From Candidatus Latescibacterota bacterium (GTDB lineage: Bacteria; Latescibacterota; UBA2968; GCA-2709665): a stretch of DNA of 64,000 bases. The DNA lies in assembly GCA_965116875.1 (NCBI GenBank), contig OZ220733.1, forward strand, positions 2,464,001 to 2,528,000. The letters run 5' to 3'. The notes under the pieces were generated by a model, which worked only from the letters and a program-made list of their open reading frames with translations, did no database searches and was not told the DNA's origin. Made by a program: the position numbers and the translations under genes. This document shows, piece by piece, positions 48,858 through 60,280 of this stretch (positions are counted from its first letter, which is position 1; every line of letters begins with the position of its first letter).

Positions 48858-49751
48858 TTATGGTCTGGCCGGACCTGTATCGCGGAGGCCGGGAGGACGC
48901 CACCGCTCGGTGAGCCTTGGGGCGTGCGAGCGTACTGCGATGGATAGCCGCTCCAGCCCGTCGACTTCCACGTCCACGCGGTCCCCGTCGTTGATATTGC
49001 AGAGACCTCCGTGGTGGGTGCCGCACGCGATCACGTCGCCGGGCATGAGGGTGATGTACCGGCTGAGCCAGGCGATCTGCTCAGAGATTGAGTATGCCAT
49101 CGCAGACGTGTTGTAGTCCTGCTGTAATTCATCGTTCAGCCACAGCCGCACCCGTACGTCCTGCGGGTGGGCAATCTCGTCTCTGGTCACGAGTGCGGGG
49201 CCCATCGGCGCCCAGTCATCAATCCCCTTGGAGAGGAAGGTGGTGCGCCGCGCCTGCAGCCCCCGGCAGGACACGTCGATGAAGTTGACGTACCCGAAGA
49301 CGTGGTCCATGGCGTCTTCCCCGGACACATGCCGGGCCTGTCTGCCGATGACGTATGCGATCTCCGGCTCCGGCTGATAGGCCAAAGCGCCTTCCAGATC
49401 GGGTACCTCAATCGTCGTTCCCGTGCCGACGATGCTCGTTGCGCCCTTGTAGAAGAAATCGAGGGCGCCTCTTGTCGCACCCTCCCGTTCCAGGTAGTTC
49501 GAGAACGCGCAGAGCAGGTGGCGCGGTCTCGGCAGCGGCGCCAGGATCCGTACGGAGTCCCTGGGTACGCCCTTCTCGCCCCGTGCCAATTCCTCGAACC
49601 GCGGGCGGTACTCATCGAAGGCTTCGATCACGGCTTCCATGCGCCATTGCGCGGGCTGCTCGGCCAGGCTGCCGAGTGCCGGACTGAGGTCGATGACCCG
49701 GCCATCGTGGAGCAGGCCGCTTCTGGCATCATCGAACAGGACGAGTTTCAT
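48858..49751 (-). CDS. Fumarylacetoacetate hydrolase family protein
   Basis: NY, FYKG, EPEIAYVIG, KGIDDWAPMGP, TLMPGDVIACGT. ATGA overlap with the VOC gene. Confidence 0.9.
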   Translation of the reverse strand: MKLVLFDDARSGLLHDGRVIDLSPALGSLAEQPAQWRMEAVIEAFDEYRPRFEELARGEKGVPRDSVRILAPLPRPRHLLCAFSNYLEREGATRGALDFFYKGATSIVGTGTTIEVPDLEGALAYQPEPEIAYVIGRQARHVSGEDAMDHVFGYVNFIDVSCRGLQARRTTFLSKGIDDWAPMGPALVTRDEIAHPQDVRVRLWLNDELQQDYNTSAMAYSISEQIAWLSRYITLMPGDVIACGTHHGGLCNINDGDRVDVEVDGLERLSIAVRSHAPRLTERWRPPGLRDTGPARP

Positions 49752-50674
49752 CCGTTCCCTCCTCCCGAGACAATGTCCTTCGCCGCCCATCCCGGATCAG
49801 GGTCGCCCGCCATCGCCTTCCGAACGTCCGGGCCGGGCGCCCCTGCGGTACCCCACAGATCCGAAGTTTCAGGCGCCCGTTTCCACACCGTGGGTTCGTG
49901 CGTTGCTTCGTCCTCGATGTACTCGATGTCGCTGGAGTATTCGTTCACGTATCCGGCCGGATCCCTGTAGTAGCAGAAGATGTTGTTGCCCGGGCCGTGA
50001 CGCCCCGGTCCCCAGTCGGGTTCCTGTCCCCGGGCGCGCAGGTTGGAGACCCCTTTCATCACCTCGTCCACGTTCGACATCACGTACGCGACGTGGTTGA
50101 CCGACGCGTATTCAGCGCGAGTGAAGACAATGACGTGATGCCTGAGGCCGCATCGCAGGAAGGCCATCCGGTCCTCAATCCGGTCCGAGACCCGAAACCC
50201 GAGAAGATCGGTGTAGAACGCCACGATCTGCTCGAAACACGGCGTGTTGAGACCCACGTGGCACAGCCCGCGGGGGGCGACTTTCCCGGTAGAACGGCCG
50301 TTCGGATATTCGGCCACCCCTGCCGACAGCTCGATGCAGCGGTTCTCCGGATCGAGAAACCGCAGCCCGTAGCCGCCGCCGGGTTCGTCCAGGTCGCCCG
50401 GCTGCGCCACCAGCGTTGTGCCCCGCCGTTCGAGTTCGGCCGCCGCCGCGTCAATCGCTTCGCGCCCGTCAAGGCTGAAGGCCAGGTGGTGGAGCCCACG
50501 CCGGTCGGCCGGATGCAGGCTGAGAACGTGACGCCCGGTCGACGCGGCGCGGAGATATCGAGCGTGCCGGTCTTCTCCGGCCGACTGGAGTCCCCAGACC
50601 TCGAGGTAGTAGTTCGTGTGGGCGGCGATCGCCGGCGACAGCAGCCCCACGTGGCGGATGTCCCGGATTTTCAT
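49748..50674 (-). CDS. VOC family extradiol dioxygenase-like protein (catechol 2,3-dioxygenase-like)
   Basis: Two VOC domains; LCHVGL, FYTDLLGFRVSD, NHVAY, WGPGRHGPGNNIFCYYRDPAGYVNEY. Confidence 0.88.
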   Translation of the reverse strand: MKIRDIRHVGLLSPAIAAHTNYYLEVWGLQSAGEDRHARYLRAASTGRHVLSLHPADRRGLHHLAFSLDGREAIDAAAAELERRGTTLVAQPGDLDEPGGGYGLRFLDPENRCIELSAGVAEYPNGRSTGKVAPRGLCHVGLNTPCFEQIVAFYTDLLGFRVSDRIEDRMAFLRCGLRHHVIVFTRAEYASVNHVAYVMSNVDEVMKGVSNLRARGQEPDWGPGRHGPGNNIFCYYRDPAGYVNEYSSDIEYIEDEATHEPTVWKRAPETSDLWGTAGAPGPDVRKAMAGDPDPGWAAKDIVSGGGNG

Positions 50675-50675
50675 C

Positions 50676-51383
50676 TCAGTGTCCTGCTGGATTTCCGGTG
50701 GGTTGCGCTCCGGATTTCTTCCGTGTCAAATCGATCTTCAGGTCCCGTCGAATGTAGATTTCGATGAACTCACGCAGCCACACCTCCTTCGCATGCGTGA
50801 ATCGCTCGATCAGTTTCTGTCTGGGCGCATCCGTGAGGTAGACGATGCGCCACAGGTTAAGAGGTCGCAATTCACTGCCATCGACCGCGTGCTCAACGTG
50901 AAAGAGAGGCTGTCCTTCGCCCGCCCGAAGCAGGTTCCCGCCTTCGTCGAGGAGATCCGCCGTCCCGATGAAGGTGGCGCTCTGCCGGACGGGGTTGAGG
51001 AAGACCTGTTCGAGGACCAGCCCGCGCTCGGACGGCTTCAGCCAGAGGCGCTGCAATGAGCATCGCACGAAGGATTCGGCGCCGTTGGCAGCAGCCTGCC
51101 GGCGCCAATATCGAGAGCTGCCCGCCGTTACGACCGAGGGAATATAGAGATCGGGCCGGAACGCCTTTTTCACCTCCATGTCCCATAGCATGCTCCGGGT
51201 AAACCCAAGCGGCTTGCTCGTGCGGTAATGCCGGGCGAGCACCATGTTGATATCAACCGGAGACAACTCGACCCGGGTGTTGGCGGGATCAGCCCAGGCA
51301 CGCTCGAATTCTTCCTCATGATTCAGCCGGGCGACAGGCCTCGATGCTTCCCCGGTTTCGCCGGTGCGTTTAGGGACTCCCAC
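50676..51383 (-). CDS. Hypothetical protein, possibly START/SRPBCC-fold (DUF1857/AtaL-like)
   Basis: Tightly packed in the operon. FTRSMLWDMEVKKAFRPDLYIP recalls the DUF1857 N-terminal helix. Start uncertain. Confidence 0.5.
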   Translation of the reverse strand: MGVPKRTGETGEASRPVARLNHEEEFERAWADPANTRVELSPVDINMVLARHYRTSKPLGFTRSMLWDMEVKKAFRPDLYIPSVVTAGSSRYWRRQAAANGAESFVRCSLQRLWLKPSERGLVLEQVFLNPVRQSATFIGTADLLDEGGNLLRAGEGQPLFHVEHAVDGSELRPLNLWRIVYLTDAPRQKLIERFTHAKEVWLREFIEIYIRRDLKIDLTRKKSGAQPTGNPAGH

Positions 51384-53130
51384 GACCCGTCTCCGGAACT
51401 TTCACGTGGACGGTCAGGATGTCCGTGTCGTGGAACTGCTGGTGGCGGACGGAGGACGCGATATGCCGCAACAGCCGTAGCGAGACTTCCCGCTCCATCA
51501 GCACGTCATCGGGCCGGTCCGCAAGCAATCCGATCCGGTCCTGGACGTTCTCCTCGCCAGCCGCGGCAATGAACTCGAGGACAGCTCCGCCGCTCTCCTT
51601 TTGCGCCTTCAGCAGCAGGCGCCGCTGTTCGGGTTCATCACGACCTTCGTCCTGTCCGATCAGCGTGAGCAACGTCTCTTCGCTGGCAGCCTCGAGACGG
51701 TCGACCATATCCGCGCCCCAGCCGTTGCGGGATGCGAACACACCGAGGAAATCTCTGATCTTCGGGAGTACGGAAAGATCGAGTTCCGTTTCGATCCGGC
51801 CGCGGCGCGACCCCGTGACTTCCAGAAACAGGGTCATGAGGATCGCCGTGATACCGCCGGCCGTGATGCCGTTGCTCAGCAGGCCGCCCCCCAACTCATC
51901 GAGAATCTCGGGAAACAGGAGGTCGTTCTGGCAGCCGACGCCGACCCAGAAGGCGACGCCCGTGATCAGCGCTTTGCGGTGATCGATCCCGCCCTGCACC
52001 ACTTCCGTCATCCCGCGGACGAAGGTCATCGCCAGCACGACGGTCAGATAAGCGACGACGACCGGGCTGGGTATCGCCAGTATCATCGCAAGGACCCTGG
52101 GCAGGAACGCAAGCACGATCAGCACGCCAGCCGCGACGAATCCCACCCGGCGGGCCGCGACACCCGTCAGTTCGACCGTAGGAACGCTGACTCCGATGGT
52201 CTGGGTCGGCACAATTCCCGTGACGCCTGACAGCAGTTTGCCGATGCCGTCCGCCGTAACGGCGCCCTCCACGGCCCGGTAGTCCACGGCCCGCGGCCGG
52301 CGCCATGATACGCGCTGGATGGCGACCGCCCCGGTGATCGTCTGGATAGCGCCGATGAGGGACACGAACGCAAAGGCGGGCAGGAGTTCCACGAAGGCCG
52401 GACCGAAGTCGAGCCCGATTCCCGGCCAGCCGCCCTGTGGCAAGCCGATCCACGGAGCCCGGGCAATCAGGGCATGGTCATAGAGACCCATCGATCCGCC
52501 GACAACGGATCCCGCGATCACCCCGATGAGCGGAGCCCACAAACGCAGCGTTGCCCCTGCCTTCAACGAGATGCCGCCGATGACCAGGCCTGTCGCCACC
52601 GCGGTGAGCGGCGAACTGAGAGCCGTTTCGGGAGGCGCATCGGCCAGGCGACTGAATACAACCGGAAGCACGGTCGCAGGGATCAGCATGTTCACCGTGC
52701 CGACGATGGTTGGTGTCAGAAGTCGCCTGAACAGGGCCAGACGCATCGAAATCACGATCGGGACGAGCGACGATGCCACGACCAGAGTGGCGAGCAGCGG
52801 TGGCCCGCCCTCGCTGAGCGCGCTGACGCAGACCCCGATGAAGGCTCCGGCGGGGCCCATGAAGAGCAGGTATCCTGCTCCGACCCGGCTCAGCCTGAGC
52901 GCTTGAAGAGCCGTGCAGACGCCACTGACGGCGACTGCGCCGAACACGGCCCAGGACAGGTACGCTTCGGTTCCGCCGCCGACCCGAATGATGATCGTGG
53001 GGATGAAGATGATGCTGGTGATGCCGAGAACGACCAGCTGCAGGCCGCTGCCCAGAGAGACAAGCGCCGGAGGATTCTCGTGGGGTTCGTATTGAACGTT
53101 GGAAGCGCTTTGCTCGTTGCCGCTGCTCAC
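51370..53130 (-). CDS. NCS2 (xanthine/uracil permease)-like membrane protein with a C-terminal degenerate HATPase/anti-sigma-like domain
   Basis: YEPHENPP...SGLQ, TALQ, GAVTADG, ELTGVAARRVG, IPSPVV; soluble C-terminal tail of about 145 aa. Confidence 0.8.
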   Translation of the reverse strand: MSSGNEQSASNVQYEPHENPPALVSLGSGLQLVVLGITSIIFIPTIIIRVGGGTEAYLSWAVFGAVAVSGVCTALQALRLSRVGAGYLLFMGPAGAFIGVCVSALSEGGPPLLATLVVASSLVPIVISMRLALFRRLLTPTIVGTVNMLIPATVLPVVFSRLADAPPETALSSPLTAVATGLVIGGISLKAGATLRLWAPLIGVIAGSVVGGSMGLYDHALIARAPWIGLPQGGWPGIGLDFGPAFVELLPAFAFVSLIGAIQTITGAVAIQRVSWRRPRAVDYRAVEGAVTADGIGKLLSGVTGIVPTQTIGVSVPTVELTGVAARRVGFVAAGVLIVLAFLPRVLAMILAIPSPVVVAYLTVVLAMTFVRGMTEVVQGGIDHRKALITGVAFWVGVGCQNDLLFPEILDELGGGLLSNGITAGGITAILMTLFLEVTGSRRGRIETELDLSVLPKIRDFLGVFASRNGWGADMVDRLEAASEETLLTLIGQDEGRDEPEQRRLLLKAQKESGGAVLEFIAAAGEENVQDRIGLLADRPDDVLMEREVSLRLLRHIASSVRHQQFHDTDILTVHVKVPETGRGSP

Positions 53131-53144
53131 GAGTCTGCCCTTAC

Positions 53145-53220
53145 CAGCACGTTGAAAAAGTCCATCCGGGCTGCCAAGACTTCACTGGCAGGCCTGCAGA
53201 GCGACTTTCTCAACGGACTG
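53145..53220. mobile_element. 76-bp MITE-like element with imperfect 18-bp terminal inverted repeats and TTAC flanking direct repeats
   Basis: The left end CAGCACGTTGAAAAAGTC matches the reverse complement of the right end, CAGTCCGTTGAGAAAGTC, at 15/18 positions. TTAC at 53141-53144 and 53221-53224. Confidence 0.7.
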
Positions 53221-53249
53221 TTACAGTGTTGGGCGGTCCGGAAACGGGC

Positions 53250-53549
53250 TCAGGCAGGTCGACCCGTCAGCCAGTTCCATGGGCGGACGTGGGACTCGGC
53301 AAAGATGCCCGCCTGGGCATAGGGGCTGCCGGCGACAAATGCCTGGGCCGCCTCGAGCGAGGGAGCTTCGAGTACGAGGACCAAACCGGTAACGGACTGT
53401 TCATTTTCGCTGAGTGTCTGCCCGCCATGATGAACGGTCACGTCCGGATGTTGGGCATGATCGTGAAGGTAAGCGGCGAATGAATCCTGCAGTTGAGACC
53501 TTTCCTGTCCCTTTTCTGCCTTGTGAGTCGCGAACACGACGCAATACAT
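53250..53549 (-). CDS. YciI family protein
   Basis: MYCVVFATHK...GGQTL...TGLVLVLEAPSLEAAQAFVAGSPYAQAGIF...VRPW; GGAG RBS. Confidence 0.85.
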   Translation of the reverse strand: MYCVVFATHKAEKGQERSQLQDSFAAYLHDHAQHPDVTVHHGGQTLSENEQSVTGLVLVLEAPSLEAAQAFVAGSPYAQAGIFAESHVRPWNWLTGRPA

Positions 53550-53919
53550 AGGACTCCCTCCGTTTGCTGCCGGGATGCGCGCAGGACCGCCCGGATTTGC
53601 GGAAGCGCGGGCAGCCGGCAGTCGATCGCTTGAGTTGCGGGAACGTACGGATTCTCCACGTTTCGGCGCCCGGTCGTCCCAATAACGTCTGTGATGCAAC
53701 TGACACAAATCCGAACGCCGATAATGGAGGTTTCGTATTAGATATTATAAGGGAATTGTTGCCGATGGCAACCCTGAGGTCCATCCCGGTACGACGAGGC
53801 AGAATGTGGGCGGGCCTGGCAGGAAGCCCCAGGATGTGGGATCAGACTCGGAGGTGAAGTTGTCTCAGTCGATATCGGCATGCAGGGTCCGGCGCTGGCG
53901 TCGTATAGACGCCCACGGA

Positions 53920-54819
53920 CTACCTTGATCCATTGATGTCGTATCTTGACACGAAATTCCAGATCAGCGCGCCTGTATTGGCACCGTCGTAGCTGATGTC
54001 GAACCAGACATGACCTCCGTTGATCACCTTGTAATGCTCAACGGAGGTATTCTTGTCTCCATTCGAGTAGGAATGGCGTTCAATCGTTGTCGCGCCGTCG
54101 GTGATGCGATTCACCGTGGGAGTTGCGCCGGTATTGTTGTAATCCGTCCAGTACGCGAGCACGTCGTCGGTCGACTTCAGTCCCACGGCCCCGCCATACG
54201 GGACAATGGCGTCCGATGTGCCGTGGATATTGATCATGGCGGTAGGGTGTGACGGGTTACAGTTGTTGTATGTTTCCTCCATCATCGTTCCTGCAACGGA
54301 ACCGATCGCCGCGATTTTGTCACTGTGGTAGCAGGCGAGCGCGTACGTGAAGAAAGCGCCGTTCGAGTAACCGCAGGAATACACTCGTTCCGGGTCGATC
54401 CTGTAATGGGAAGAGATCTCGTCGATCAGCGCTTCCACGAAGCCAAAGTCATCCGCATCGCTCTTGTTGGCATCTGATTTCAGACCCGCATTCCAGTGCG
54501 GATCACCATCCAGCAGCGTGCCTTGAGGATAAACCAGTATGAAATTGTCCGATTCCGCCTGAGGCCGCATGTCCGCGAATCTCAGATACCGGTCCGCCCG
54601 CTGACCGAATCCATGAAAGTTGAGCATCAGCGGGACGCTCGCATCTCCGCCGTAAGAGTCCGGCACATACACGATATATTCTCTTGTTATGCCGCTATGG
54701 GAAAGTGTTCGCGTGAACAGACCCGATGAATCCGGCGCATCGAGCGGCACGTCGTCGTCTCCCGAACACGAAAACAGGAATGACATCGCCGCAATGGATA
54801 TAAAAAAAAGCCTTATCAT
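53920..54819 (-). CDS. PHB depolymerase/LpqC-type esterase lipoprotein
   Basis: Lipobox LFSC, REYIVYVP, NFHGFG, VYPQG, GYSNGA (GxSxG), IHGTSD, GGHVW. Confidence 0.88.
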   Translation of the reverse strand: MIRLFFISIAAMSFLFSCSGDDDVPLDAPDSSGLFTRTLSHSGITREYIVYVPDSYGGDASVPLMLNFHGFGQRADRYLRFADMRPQAESDNFILVYPQGTLLDGDPHWNAGLKSDANKSDADDFGFVEALIDEISSHYRIDPERVYSCGYSNGAFFTYALACYHSDKIAAIGSVAGTMMEETYNNCNPSHPTAMINIHGTSDAIVPYGGAVGLKSTDDVLAYWTDYNNTGATPTVNRITDGATTIERHSYSNGDKNTSVEHYKVINGGHVWFDISYDGANTGALIWNFVSRYDINGSR

Positions 54820-55013
54820 CAAGGCGGTCCCAATGTTCTTGTCGTTAAAACATCTCTCCGCCTCTCTTCGCTCTAAAGAGCCGGGGTGAGAGGTCGCGAA
54901 CAGGCGGTAAGACGGTAGAGGGTAGACGGGAGAGGAAATCTTCGCCCGGTAAATTCCCCCTCCTTGCCTTCGGCACGAAAAGAATCCTCGCAAGGCAGGC
55001 AATCTCTCCCGTC

Positions 55014-55493
55014 TCACGACTCGCGTCTTCCCGCTTTTGGCTGAAGGATGGCCTCGATCGAGGTCAGCAGCGTCTTCCACCCCTGCTCTGCACGCTCCGT
55101 GTACTTCGCGAAGGCCGTAGGCATCCTATGGGTGAGCCTCGCCGAGCAACCAGTCGCTTGAGGAGTGATCTCGATCTTGACAACCGATGATCCCTCCTTT
55201 TCCGACAATTCCCTTGTAAACCAGGTACACTGGATGACCGAGGGGCGCTCCAGGGTCAGGTACGTGCCCCAATGCCGCATCTCTTCGCCATCACGCATGT
55301 CGCTGAACAGGAAGGCGCCGCCGGGACGAGGATCGATCTCGATTCGAACGATCTTTCCGGAAAGGCCGAACGTGACCAGGGCATGGCTCATCCACCTCCG
55401 GACTTTCTGAGGGTTGATCCACGCATCGTAGACCTCGTCCGCCGTCGCAAGCCGGAAGTGATGGTCCGCACTGACTTCGACCGCATCACTCAT
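55014..55493 (-). CDS. SRPBCC/AHSA1 domain protein
   Basis: EVYDAWINP, IDPRPGG, HWGTYLTLERP, LTH, GWKTLL. Confidence 0.85.
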   Translation of the reverse strand: MSDAVEVSADHHFRLATADEVYDAWINPQKVRRWMSHALVTFGLSGKIVRIEIDPRPGGAFLFSDMRDGEEMRHWGTYLTLERPSVIQCTWFTRELSEKEGSSVVKIEITPQATGCSARLTHRMPTAFAKYTERAEQGWKTLLTSIEAILQPKAGRRES

Positions 55494-55648
55494 TTTTGCA
55501 CTCCGTCCCCTTGAATCTGCGTCGTGGGGTAGCGCCGCATTGAGGGGATCGGTTCAGTTGACGAAAACCGTCGACGCTCTCGGGTTTTACAATTATTCGA
55601 CGCAGCGGTCCAGCGGGGTAAACAGCGAACAGATGAGCCTCGACTTCA

Positions 55649-56080
55649 TCAGAAAACCCTTTCCCCGGGAAGGGCGGCGGCCTGCTCGACCCAACTCGCC
55701 AACTGCTCTTCGTCGAGGCCGTCATCCTCGTGAATATGGAGGTAGCGGACGTTTGGTACCTTCGACGCCTTTGGGGGCAGGGGCCTTAGCTGCCCGCCGT
55801 TCAGGAAGGTCACCTGCACGTAGCGCGTGTAGCAGTAGAACGCGAGAAACCAGCCCTGTCCTTCGATCCCGTAGAATGGCGTGTTCCAACGCACCGCTTT
55901 CCGGATGCGTGGCACGCGCGCATCCACCAGTGCGTCCAGCCGTTTCCCGATCGCCTGTTTCCACCCGGGCATGGCCGCGATATATGCCTGGACCGGGCCG
56001 TCCCCATCCCCTCTGGGGATGTAGGGGTTACCCCCGGCGTTTCTCCTGGGCGCCGTCATTCCTTGCGCCTTCGGCGTCAT
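55649..56080 (-). CDS. DUF1801 domain protein
   Basis: GGNPYIPRGDGDGPVQAYIAAMPGWK, KAVRWNTPFYG, RYLHIHE. Confidence 0.85.
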   Translation of the reverse strand: MTPKAQGMTAPRRNAGGNPYIPRGDGDGPVQAYIAAMPGWKQAIGKRLDALVDARVPRIRKAVRWNTPFYGIEGQGWFLAFYCYTRYVQVTFLNGGQLRPLPPKASKVPNVRYLHIHEDDGLDEEQLASWVEQAAALPGERVF

Positions 56081-56580
56081 CCGTCGCCACTTTCCTCTAC
56101 CGATGACGGCTGCGGTGAACAGGAATGAGACACGTGGGCCTCCGGATTGCGATCCGCCACCAGATTCAGGGCGATTCCGTGCTCCAACCATGCCTTGAGC
56201 GCGGCGAGGACGAGAGAGAAGCCGCCCATGGAGTCGAGCGCCATCCCGACAACCTCTTCATCGGTTCCCTGGAACCCGGTGTTGGTGATCTGAACGAGGG
56301 TGGCTTCCGCTTCCAGTGAAGTGAACTGCCACTCGACCGTCGTCGGCGGATCGTCCCATTCGATGAGAATTCTGGAGGGCTGTTCGATCGCCTTGACGTG
56401 GACGTCCGCGGAGACGCCGTACATCTCCCATTCCCACGTCACCTTCGCGACCGGCTCCAGCCTGCCACTGCTCCCTGTGAACCAGAATCGCGTGGTGACG
56501 GCGGGGTCCACGAACGCGTTGAACACTTCGTCGACCGGCCGCCGGACGAGCATCTGCGTTTGAACCGTTGGATCGATCAC
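56077..56580 (-). CDS. SRPBCC family protein
   Basis: QMLVRRPVDEVFNAFVDPAVTTRFWF, DSMGGFSLVLAALKAWLEH. Start reset to GTG 56580. Confidence 0.85.
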   Translation of the reverse strand: MIDPTVQTQMLVRRPVDEVFNAFVDPAVTTRFWFTGSSGRLEPVAKVTWEWEMYGVSADVHVKAIEQPSRILIEWDDPPTTVEWQFTSLEAEATLVQITNTGFQGTDEEVVGMALDSMGGFSLVLAALKAWLEHGIALNLVADRNPEAHVSHSCSPQPSSVEESGDG

Positions 56581-56612
56581 CCTGACCCCCAGGGGTTGCC
56601 ACCCGGGAAAGA

Positions 56613-57089
56613 CTACCGGCCTGAATCGCGCAGCGCCTTGAGTACGGCCGATCCGTGCCCCGCGGCTCGGGCCCGTTTCCAGACCTTGATCAGCACTCCA
56701 TCCGGGCCGATGATGAACGTTGACCGCGTCATCCCCTCGAACCGGCGCCCGTACAGGACCTTCTCGCCCCAGGCGCCATAGCGCGTGGAGACCCCGGCGT
56801 CCGCATCCACCAGCAACGGAAACGGCAGACGCTGGCTTTCGCGGAAATCCCGGTGCGAATCGGCATCGTCTCGCGAAACGCCGAGAACAACGGCGCCCTC
56901 GGCCAGGATTTCGGCATGATGGTCCCGCAGGGAGCAGGCCTGAATCGTGCAACCCGGCGTGTTATCGCGCGGATAGAAGTAGAGGACGACCGTCCGGCCC
57001 CGGTATCCGGCCAGCGAATGGATGTTGCCGTCCTCGTCGGCGAGTGAAAAATCCGGGGCGGCGTCACCGGCCCCCAGCGTGATCGGCAT
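56613..57089 (-). CDS. bcp: Thioredoxin-dependent peroxiredoxin (BCP/PrxQ)
   Basis: LYFYPRDNTPGCTIQAC, GVSRD, RSTFII. Confidence 0.93.
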   Translation of the reverse strand: MPITLGAGDAAPDFSLADEDGNIHSLAGYRGRTVVLYFYPRDNTPGCTIQACSLRDHHAEILAEGAVVLGVSRDDADSHRDFRESQRLPFPLLVDADAGVSTRYGAWGEKVLYGRRFEGMTRSTFIIGPDGVLIKVWKRARAAGHGSAVLKALRDSGR

Positions 57090-57143
57090 CGCGATTCCTT
57101 TCTTCCGCTACATCAATTGCACCGCTGTGGGCGTCCGACGAGA

Positions 57144-59390
<2,247 letters not shown>

Positions 59391-59649
59391 TCACACAATT
59401 GCGGAGGTCCGGCTCGTCCACCATGCGTAGCCGTAGTACTAATAGCGGGGCCGATGGCCGTGGATGCTGCGCCTTAGTTCCTGAAGCTGGGCATCTGATT
59501 TCTTGCTGGATTAGTACAAAGATAAACGCCCGTACGCAGGTCCGAACATTATCACCATGACACCGCTACAGGCATTCGAGAATACTCTACAAGCGTTGAG
59601 CAAGTTGGAAGCAGCAGCAGAAACGTGGCCCAAGCAACTATCCTTGTGT

Positions 59650-60250
59650 AGCGAGCCCTATTAACGCTCTCTACCACCTGCGTCTTGACCTGCTTTGTCT
59701 CCCGGTCTTTAGCGCCTACCACCGGGGTCTTGCCCACCGTACCACGACCGGCATGCAGCTTCTTTTTGGCATGCTTGTTGCCTTCCTTGCGGCCAATATA
59801 GGTTTCGTTAATTTCGATCGGTCTGGTAAGAAGACTACCAGGACTCGAAAGCGCTTCCCGAATCCGGTGAGTCATGAACCATGCCGTCTTCTGCGTTACA
59901 CGAAGACGCCTGTGAAGATGCATGCTTGAGACGCCCTTGATGCTGGTAGCGCAGATGTAAACAACATACCCCCACTTTCTGAGAGAAACCTTAGACCTCT
60001 GCAAGACTGTACCGGTACGAACCGAGAAAAATTCTCAGCAATTCTCGCAACGGAAAGGCATGGGCTTGCCGTTTTCGACAACCACTGTCTCTCCATGATT
60101 ACATCGTTGACAGGGACGTTTTCCGTCCGGCCAGCGCTGCTCAGCGAACCAGTCTGCGGCGGTTTTTTCATCAGGAAACATCTCGGCCAGCTCAATGTCG
60201 CTGATGCCGAGTCTACAGGCTTATGGGTTCTCGGGAACTAAATCATTCAT
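59650..60250 (-). mobile_element. IS1595-family transposase remnant (pseudogene)
   Basis: One frame reads GISDIELAEMFPDEKTAADWFAEQRWPDGKRPCQRC...PFRCENC*EFFSVRTGT...KGVSSMHLHRRL.VTQKTAWFMTHRIREA...EINETYIG...GRGTVGKTPVVGAKDRETKQV. It has in-frame stops, DETY changed to NETY, and is truncated before the rest of the DDE domain. Confidence 0.88.
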
Positions 60251-60280
60251 AAGCGCGTTACTCCTGCTTGTGACGCGTCT

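Noticed and set aside
60035-60037. C-TGA-E in the IS1595 zinc ribbon as possible Sec
   Set aside because: The CENC motif is already complete before it, and the gene has other inactivating lesions.
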